Source: a virus
Virus record (IMG/VR): IMGVR_UViG_3300023179_000039
Location: 32,001-96,000 of that record
DNA length: 64,000 bases
Strand: one strand, 5' to 3'
Below the pieces are notes generated by a model. It was given only the letters and a program-made list of their open reading frames with translations, searched no databases and was not told the origin of the DNA. Position numbers and translations under genes: made by a program. Numbering within the stretch: the stretch's first letter is position 1; every line of letters starts with the position of its first letter. Below are positions 57,546 through 64,000 of the stretch, in pieces.

Positions 57546-59857
57546 TTAATACAAATAAAATACTTTCTTTTAATAATAAAAAACTTGATCCTTCTATAGT
57601 TAATACTGATCAAATAAAAAACATAGTACTTTATTTAGCTAGCTGTATTGATAGTAAACTACCTGGTGATGTAGTTGAACTTGGCTGCTATGTAGGTGAA
57701 ACTAGCAAATATATTTCTAAAACTATTGAAGAATCTAAGTCTAATAAAAAATATTATGTTTATGATTCTTTTGAGGGGTTACCCGATCTATCTAAATTTG
57801 AAGAAGGTACTGGGTGGAAGCCACGGACTCTTAATACTACTGAAGATATTCTTGTCTCAAATTTCGAACTTAATAATGTTCCGCTTCCCATTATAACAAA
57901 AACCTGGTTTAAAGATATAAAAAATAAGCAACTACCAAAGCAAATTTGCTTTGCTTTTTTAGATGGTGATTTCTACACATCAATTTATGAAAGCTTAGAA
58001 AAGGTATATGATAGAGTAGTTGACGGCGGTTATATCTTAGTACATGATTATAAAAGACCCGATCTACCAGGTGTAGAAGCAGCAATACAGGAATATTTTA
58101 GAATCAATAAATTAGAACTTAATATTATTGAAGCTTGTGAACAATTAGCAGTAATTAGAAAAAACAAAAAACCTGAAAAAATTAATACGCAAAAATCATG
58201 TTATACGATTGTAACGGGTCTTTGGGATATAGGACGCGATAAGTTAAAAGAAGGTTGGTCACGTGGTTATTCACATTACTTAGAAAAATTAGAAGAACTA
58301 TTAAAAGCTGATTTTAATCTTATTATTTTTGGCGATAAAGAATTGGAGAAGTTTGTTAGCGAGCGTAGATCTGACTACAATACACAGTTTGTCTTAAGAG
58401 ATATCGACTGGATTAAAAATATGCCATTTTTTGATAAAATTCAAGAAATTAGAACTGATCCTGACTGGTATACGCAAGCAGGTTGGTTAGCAGATTCAAC
58501 CCAAGCAAAGCTAGAGCTTTATAACCCCTTAGTAATGTCTAAGGTATTTTTATTACACGACGCTAAAATTCTTGATAAGTTTGATTCTGAATATTTGTTT
58601 TGGCTTGACGCAGGCATTACAAACACAGTGCATTATGGTTATTTTACACATGATAAAGTTTTAGATAAGCTACCTTCAATACTAGAAGATAAGTTTTTGT
58701 TTGTCAGTTTCCCCTATCCTGATGGCGCAGAAATTCATGGTTTTTCGCGTAATAAAATGAATGAAATAGCTCAAGCAGAGAATGTTGAGTATGTTTGTAG
58801 AGCGGGATTTTTTGGCGGGCCTAAGAATGTAATTTCTGAAATTAATAGTATTTATTACGGGCTATTGAACAGTACTTTAAGCGAAGGTTATATGGGTACA
58901 GAAGAAAGTATCTTTACCCTAATGACATACTTACACCCTCATTTATTTACAAGATTTTCAATAGAGGGTAACGGGCTGCTAGGTAAATTTTTTGAAGATT
59001 TAAAAAATATTAAAGTAGAAGATAAAAAGAAAGCAATTGATACAAATATCTTATCCGGCGTAACTCTTTATGTAATCACATTTAATTCACCTAAACAGTT
59101 CGCTACATTGTGTGAAAGTTATTTAAAGCAACCAGGTTTTATAAAGGAAACAACTAATTATCTTCTTGACAACAGCACAGACGCGTCTACATTTGATGAA
59201 TATAAAGCTCTTTGCGATAAATATAACTTTGTTCATATAAAGAAAGATAATCTTGGTATTTGTGGTGGTAGGCAGTTTATTGCTGAGCATTTCCACGAAA
59301 GTAATTCTAAATACTGCATTTTTCTAGAGGATGACATGACATTATGTACCAAAAATTTTGCACCATGTAAGAATGGGCTATCGCGCTTTACTAATAATTT
59401 ATTTTATAAGATAGTAAAAATTATGGATAAAGAAAAATTTGACTTTCTCAAGCTATCTTTTACAGAATTTTTTGGCGATAACTCTATTCAATGGGCATGG
59501 TATAATGTACCTCAGCATGTAAGAGAGAGTTTTTGGCCAAACAATAAAAAACTACCTCAGATGGGATTGGACCCTAATGCACCTAAGACAGAATTTAAGC
59601 ATATCAATAATATAGACGGTCTTAGCTATATTAATGGCGATATATACTATTGTAATTGGCCGCAAATAGTCTCAAAAGCAGGTAATAAAAAAATGTTTAT
59701 TGATACTAAATGGGCATCGCCTTTTGAACAGACATGGATGTCATATATGTTTCAGCTTACTAAACAAGGCGATTTAAAAGGCGGGCTTCTATTATTATCT
59801 CCTATAGAACATAATAGATTTGATCATTATTCTAATAAATTACGTAGAGAAAACTAG
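57542..59857 (+). CDS. Trimodular protein: TylF/NovP-type O-methyltransferase, HtrL/YibB-like transferase, GT-A domain
   Basis: PGDVVELGC, YDSFEGLP, FLDGDFY, HDY...PGV (TylF); TIVTGLWDIGR, WLDAG, TEESI (HtrL-like); FLEDDM (GT-A). Start moved to ATG 57542 (ATGA overlap). Confidence 0.78.
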   Translation: MINTNKILSFNNKKLDPSIVNTDQIKNIVLYLASCIDSKLPGDVVELGCYVGETSKYISKTIEESKSNKKYYVYDSFEGLPDLSKFEEGTGWKPRTLNTTEDILVSNFELNNVPLPIITKTWFKDIKNKQLPKQICFAFLDGDFYTSIYESLEKVYDRVVDGGYILVHDYKRPDLPGVEAAIQEYFRINKLELNIIEACEQLAVIRKNKKPEKINTQKSCYTIVTGLWDIGRDKLKEGWSRGYSHYLEKLEELLKADFNLIIFGDKELEKFVSERRSDYNTQFVLRDIDWIKNMPFFDKIQEIRTDPDWYTQAGWLADSTQAKLELYNPLVMSKVFLLHDAKILDKFDSEYLFWLDAGITNTVHYGYFTHDKVLDKLPSILEDKFLFVSFPYPDGAEIHGFSRNKMNEIAQAENVEYVCRAGFFGGPKNVISEINSIYYGLLNSTLSEGYMGTEESIFTLMTYLHPHLFTRFSIEGNGLLGKFFEDLKNIKVEDKKKAIDTNILSGVTLYVITFNSPKQFATLCESYLKQPGFIKETTNYLLDNSTDASTFDEYKALCDKYNFVHIKKDNLGICGGRQFIAEHFHESNSKYCIFLEDDMTLCTKNFAPCKNGLSRFTNNLFYKIVKIMDKEKFDFLKLSFTEFFGDNSIQWAWYNVPQHVRESFWPNNKKLPQMGLDPNAPKTEFKHINNIDGLSYINGDIYYCNWPQIVSKAGNKKMFIDTKWASPFEQTWMSYMFQLTKQGDLKGGLLLLSPIEHNRFDHYSNKLRREN

Positions 59858-59888
59858 ATCAAGCACGTTTAAATAGCTGTAATTTAAG

Positions 59889-59894
59889 TAAATA
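59889..59894 (+). promoter_or_regulatory. Late-type promoter TAAATA
   Basis: 5 nt before GTG 59900. Confidence 0.6.
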
Positions 59895-59899
59895 ATAAT

Positions 59900-60628
59900 G
59901 TGAATTACGTTTATTATGTGCTTTCTAGTGTACAAACTTCAGGAACACCTTCTTTATTAAATCACTATCTATTCACCGACCCCGTTTACGGTACTAATAT
60001 TGTTTACCCTAATAGCGCTAATGGCTATATTTTTGACATACCTACAAGCTATGTATTCGATGCTTCTGCTAACGGAGGCAAGTACTTTCCGTGGGGATAT
60101 TCAGTTGAAAACACATATCTAAGTGCAGATTTAGGGTTTTTTAAAGGGCAATGTACACTCACCTTTATACCTTCTGGTATTGATAACAAATATTACACAA
60201 CATTAAAAATAGTTTATGATTTTAATGATAATGAAATTATAGACATTGAAAAAGGTATAGTACAAAACATTTTACCCGGTAATGTTGCTTTTCTGGACAA
60301 TGGCTCACCTAACAACACCAATGTTTCTCATGTTTATACTTCTAAATCATTAAGTAAGACGACTTATTTTCCAACAGTTACTGTTTTAAATGGAAATATG
60401 GTATTAAACGTTTTTAATTTTAAATTAACCATATTACCCGGTACTGTTTTTGATTTTGAAGACTTTCATTTAATAAATTCTGCACAACTAACAAAATTTG
60501 ATAATACGCAATTTAAGTCATTAGAAGTTTTTGAATTTAACGAGACTAGCGATGATGAAAATTATTTAACTAATTTCTTATTAACCAGTGCAAACGCGAC
60601 TATAACTACATCTAGCTCATCAGCGTAA
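59900..60628 (+). CDS. Hypothetical virion protein (PKD-like segment)
   Basis: 242 aa, YDFND...SHVY...Y.PTV, late promoter. Confidence 0.65.
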   Translation: MNYVYYVLSSVQTSGTPSLLNHYLFTDPVYGTNIVYPNSANGYIFDIPTSYVFDASANGGKYFPWGYSVENTYLSADLGFFKGQCTLTFIPSGIDNKYYTTLKIVYDFNDNEIIDIEKGIVQNILPGNVAFLDNGSPNNTNVSHVYTSKSLSKTTYFPTVTVLNGNMVLNVFNFKLTILPGTVFDFEDFHLINSAQLTKFDNTQFKSLEVFEFNETSDDENYLTNFLLTSANATITTSSSSA

Positions 60629-60633
60629 AAATG

Positions 60634-60641
60634 TATAAATA
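60634..60641 (+). promoter_or_regulatory. Full T4 late promoter consensus TATAAATA
   Basis: 6 nt before ATG 60648. Confidence 0.7.
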
Positions 60642-60647
60642 TTTATT

Positions 60648-63600
60648 ATGGATGTAATTAACTTAGCCTCAACAAATTTTGTTGGACTATCATCTAGGTA
60701 TAAGGAAGATGAAACATTAAAATTTAATGAGAATGTTATTTTTTCGGAACAAAATATTTTACTTCCTATTAATAACATACTAAAAGAAATTAATGATAAT
60801 AAAATTAATAATTTTTCTAATTTATTTTTAACCGAAAAAAATACTCTATCAAACGCTTTTACTGTCGAAAAGCTAGACCCATTATCCGATGAAGGATTTT
60901 CTACCTATTTTGCTGCAAACGCTGCAGGTTCTATTACGCCGTCTACAAAGTTTTGGGTAGTAGAAGAACCTAATATCTTAACAAATATTGCTCAAGTTAC
61001 TGTTGATGGTGAGTTTACAAATATTAATAATCAATACTTTTTTGATGTTGAATTAATTTCTGATAAGCTTTGTAAGATTTCGCATGAAAATGAAAATATA
61101 GTAAGATATTTAACAGTAGATTATACCGGCAACCTTTCTTTTACAAAAGATGCACAGTTAGATATTATCGGCCCGTTAAGCCCGCAAATATTTTATTATG
61201 TTTATGATAGAGGTTATAATTACATGGTTCTTATAAAAAATATTAATGATATACCTAAGTTTGTTACGTTCAATGCTAATGCAAGCGATTTATCATTAAC
61301 CGATCCAATTACTGGTACAAGCGTTCCATACTCAATATCATCTATTTTTAGAGTGAGAGAACGAAATCCTATTCCTAATAAAATTGATTTATTTGATCCT
61401 TGGGTTAGCTATAATAAAAATTTTAAAACAAATTCGCAAGATATTAATTTGGATAGAAGCTTTAATAAAATAAATAATAATTTTCTTTTAAGTAATGAAT
61501 TTTATAATATTTCATCAAACTTTATAGATTTTAATATTCTTTCACTTAAAAATAATTTTACCCCTGAGTATAATTTATCTAGAGGCAATCCATTTTTTGA
61601 TGAATCAAATGTAGAATTGCGTGACTATCAAAAAATAAACTCTGGCACCTATCAAAATTTAGGTAACGATAATATTACACTAAGCTATGAAAGCTATACA
61701 TCGAATATTATTCTTAAAAAAGATAAGATAACATATTTTCATATACCTCAAATTTTTTATCCATTTGAAAGGCTTAACATTAATGATTCAAATTTAGTTA
61801 ATGCAGGGGCTATAGCAGGCGATCACCCTCTTAAATCGGATAAAATATTTAAAAAGAAAGCTGATTACAAATATACTTCTAATTATGGTAATACTATAGA
61901 AGAAAATTCTGGTGAATTTTTATGTGCATGGCTTTCAGGTAGCATAGATCCTACCACCAGGCCTATATGGGTAGACAGATATTATAACCCTAAAAAGATA
62001 TCTGGCTATCAAGCATTAACCGCTTCTGATTTTAAAGCTATTAAATACATTTCTAATTTTGACTGTTTAGTAGATAAAGCATTTGAGACGTTTGCGAAAG
62101 ATGTTCCTGTTTTCGACAAACCTTCAGATTTAATCTTTGAGAAGGGTACCTATTATGCATATCATCATTATGGCCCTAGAGATGTAGAAAAATTTATAAA
62201 TTCATTTTCTAAAAATTTAGCAGTTAAAAACATTCCTAATTATAAATTTTATAATGGCTCAGACGCTACATACTTTTCTACTGTTATTGATAATAGTAAT
62301 AATATCTCAGAATATATCTTTAATGGTCAAACATACGGTATAACATCGCCTTTATCATCAATTCAAGAATCAAATCAATTTACTCTTATATTTGATGCGC
62401 ATAGTAATGATTGGTCTGCACCACTAGGCTATCAACTAGTAGGAAATTATGATAGAGATGGGTTTGGAATATTTAATGAAAACATTGTAACCCCTACTTT
62501 GTTTATACCGTACTTAAGCGGTACCTACGTTACAAATTTAAATTATAAAAAACTTAATACTCTAGCATTTAACAGCAATCTAAAAGCAATTATTCGACTA
62601 CAAGGTATGAATGACTTTTACGGTGTATTTGAAGATAATAGCTTTAGACGTTTTAATTTAAATTACTCTGAAACAAGAAGAAATTATCCCTCAGATCCTT
62701 CCGATCAATTGGGTAAAGTAAGAGGGTACGATTACAGTGAAACAGATGTTAGAGTCTTAATAGGCGATAATCCAGGCGCTAAGAAAATAATGTTATTAGA
62801 TTTAAAATCTCAAGAAATAACAGATATTACTACTGGTACTTTAAATCTTGCTAGATATCCTAGAAGATACCCCACAGATGTAACAAATATTAACTCCGCA
62901 AATTCTTTAATTCTCTATAATGATACAATGTATTTGTTAAGAGGCTCTAAAGCGTTTAGAGCTAATGATTCTATTTTTTATAGCTATGATAGCAAGAGAA
63001 TATTTTTATGGGAAAATATTTCAGACATCACAAGCGTTACGCCGACTACAGCATTTGCCTCTTCTACTGTTATAAATGATTTTTCTATCGATTTCGATCA
63101 TAATTTATGGATATTATTTGACGACAATAAATTTGCAAAATATTCATATGATAGAGTATTTTTACTTTCAGGCCATTTTACTGATACTATAGATAAAAAC
63201 TACACCAACTTTAAAGTAGATTTTACTGCAGATTTTGATAAGGGAAATTACAATACCTATGCAGTAATTACCAGGCAATCTTATACTGGGGAAAAGAAAA
63301 ACTTACAATTTGTAAAAATGTCATTAAGCGGTAATAACGTAGAAAGATCATTATTTAACAGAAATGTACCGCTTGGTGATAATTATATTATACAACAATA
63401 TATTGATGGTACAGTATTTTCTACTTCACAGACGCTTTCAAGTAAATATGCAACAGGATTAGATGTAGGTAGAATTATACCACAATCTGATTTTAATACT
63501 ATTTTATCGTTTAACCCTTCACTTGCTTCTTACGCCTCATTTATGTCAAACAACACAATTAATTTTTCTAATAGTAAGTTTTTATCATCTTTTATAAAAG

Positions 63601-64000
63601 ATAAATACCCACCCTCAAGTATAAATGTAAAATCACAACTCACCAATATTTTTAATATAAACGATACTTCATCTGCAGAAATAATTTTTGATTTAGCAAA
63701 ACTCGATCCTGGATATCATAATTTTGCTGTTAGATTTGACGCTGATAACGGACTTATGCATTTGTTTGTCGATGGTCAATTGCAAGGTTTTAGCGAATTT
63801 ACTCCTAGAAAGTATAAATTTAGCGATTTAATAAACAGGCCTTTCTTAATAGGTAGCTCTAGTTATGCTTATTCACTACCACTATTTTCATATTTAAAAA
63901 ATACATCATTTATAGCATCTGATATCACTATCAAGAATTTTTATTTATATGATAAACCGCTTTTTGATTTTGACATTTTGTTTCATGCTAGAAAAGGTAT
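60648..64000 (+). CDS. Large virion protein with LamG/ConA-like domain, 3' truncated (not in ORF track)
   Basis: Starts MDVINLAST; the same frame near 63.7 kb reads GYHNFAVRFDADNGLMHLFVDG (LamG pattern). Absence from the track implies no stop before the window end. Confidence 0.8.
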   Translation, partial: MDVINLASTNFVGLSSRYKEDETLKFNENVIFSEQNILLPINNILKEINDNKINNFSNLFLTEKNTLSNAFTVEKLDPLSDEGFSTYFAANAAGSITPSTKFWVVEEPNILTNIAQVTVDGEFTNINNQYFFDVELISDKLCKISHENENIVRYLTVDYTGNLSFTKDAQLDIIGPLSPQIFYYVYDRGYNYMVLIKNINDIPKFVTFNANASDLSLTDPITGTSVPYSISSIFRVRERNPIPNKIDLFDPWVSYNKNFKTNSQDINLDRSFNKINNNFLLSNEFYNISSNFIDFNILSLKNNFTPEYNLSRGNPFFDESNVELRDYQKINSGTYQNLGNDNITLSYESYTSNIILKKDKITYFHIPQIFYPFERLNINDSNLVNAGAIAGDHPLKSDKIFKKKADYKYTSNYGNTIEENSGEFLCAWLSGSIDPTTRPIWVDRYYNPKKISGYQALTASDFKAIKYISNFDCLVDKAFETFAKDVPVFDKPSDLIFEKGTYYAYHHYGPRDVEKFINSFSKNLAVKNIPNYKFYNGSDATYFSTVIDNSNNISEYIFNGQTYGITSPLSSIQESNQFTLIFDAHSNDWSAPLGYQLVGNYDRDGFGIFNENIVTPTLFIPYLSGTYVTNLNYKKLNTLAFNSNLKAIIRLQGMNDFYGVFEDNSFRRFNLNYSETRRNYPSDPSDQLGKVRGYDYSETDVRVLIGDNPGAKKIMLLDLKSQEITDITTGTLNLARYPRRYPTDVTNINSANSLILYNDTMYLLRGSKAFRANDSIFYSYDSKRIFLWENISDITSVTPTTAFASSTVINDFSIDFDHNLWILFDDNKFAKYSYDRVFLLSGHFTDTIDKNYTNFKVDFTADFDKGNYNTYAVITRQSYTGEKKNLQFVKMSLSGNNVERSLFNRNVPLGDNYIIQQYIDGTVFSTSQTLSSKYATGLDVGRIIPQSDFNTILSFNPSLASYASFMSNNTINFSNSKFLSSFIKDKYPPSSINVKSQLTNIFNINDTSSAEIIFDLAKLDPGYHNFAVRFDADNGLMHLFVDGQLQGFSEFTPRKYKFSDLINRPFLIGSSSYAYSLPLFSYLKNTSFIASDITIKNFYLYDKPLFDFDILFHARKG

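Noticed and set aside
87-57896. Short antisense or alternate-frame ORFs in the track (e.g. 87-356, 5662-5901, 17703-17918, 22545-22757, 32571-33044, 33582-34037, 38867-39214)
   Set aside because: They overlap well-supported genes, lack the promoter/start geometry and read as shadows of biased codon usage.
1-64000. Stop-codon reassignment
   Set aside because: Conserved genes are full length in the standard code and end at TAA, TAG and TGA.
1-64000. tRNA, rRNA or other structured RNA genes, and group I introns
   Set aside because: Intergenic gaps are nearly all under 70 nt and hold promoters; no cloverleaf or interrupted core gene was recognised by eye. A covariance-model scan was not run.
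1-64000. Host assignment
   Set aside because: Leaderless geometry and bS21 are suggestive, but the sequence alone does not identify a host lineage.

Overview
AT-rich 64-kb segment of a T4-like contractile-tailed phage genome using the standard genetic code. About 1-19 kb is a replication/recombination module (gp46, gp43, UvsX, gp41, gp32, gp45, gp61) interleaved with queC, a class II glutamine amidotransferase, three glycosyltransferase-like genes, a rhamnose-pathway epimerase/reductase and a ribosomal protein bS21 homologue. About 21-53 kb covers neck, packaging and tail/baseplate genes (gp14, intein-containing gp17, gp3, gp18, gp19, tape measure, gp53, gp25, gp6, large outer baseplate/fibre proteins), with dUTPase and gp44 embedded. 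A five-gene glycosyl/methyltransferase operon at 53.6-59.9 kb directly follows a mucin-like Thr-Pro repeat protein. Two candidate systems stand out. (1) A largely Shine-Dalgarno-free expression programme: 11 genes start exactly 6 nt after a TTGnnn-N16-TAnnnT promoter, about 23 start 5-7 nt after a T4-late-like TAAATA box, most others are stop/start coupled, and the phage carries its own bS21. (2) A putative virion protein O-glycosylation pathway: a GT60-type initiating enzyme plus extending and methylating enzymes, a mucin-like substrate and a recurring L-[ST]-[AGS] motif in outer virion proteins. All assignments come from motif recognition by eye; no database searches were run.
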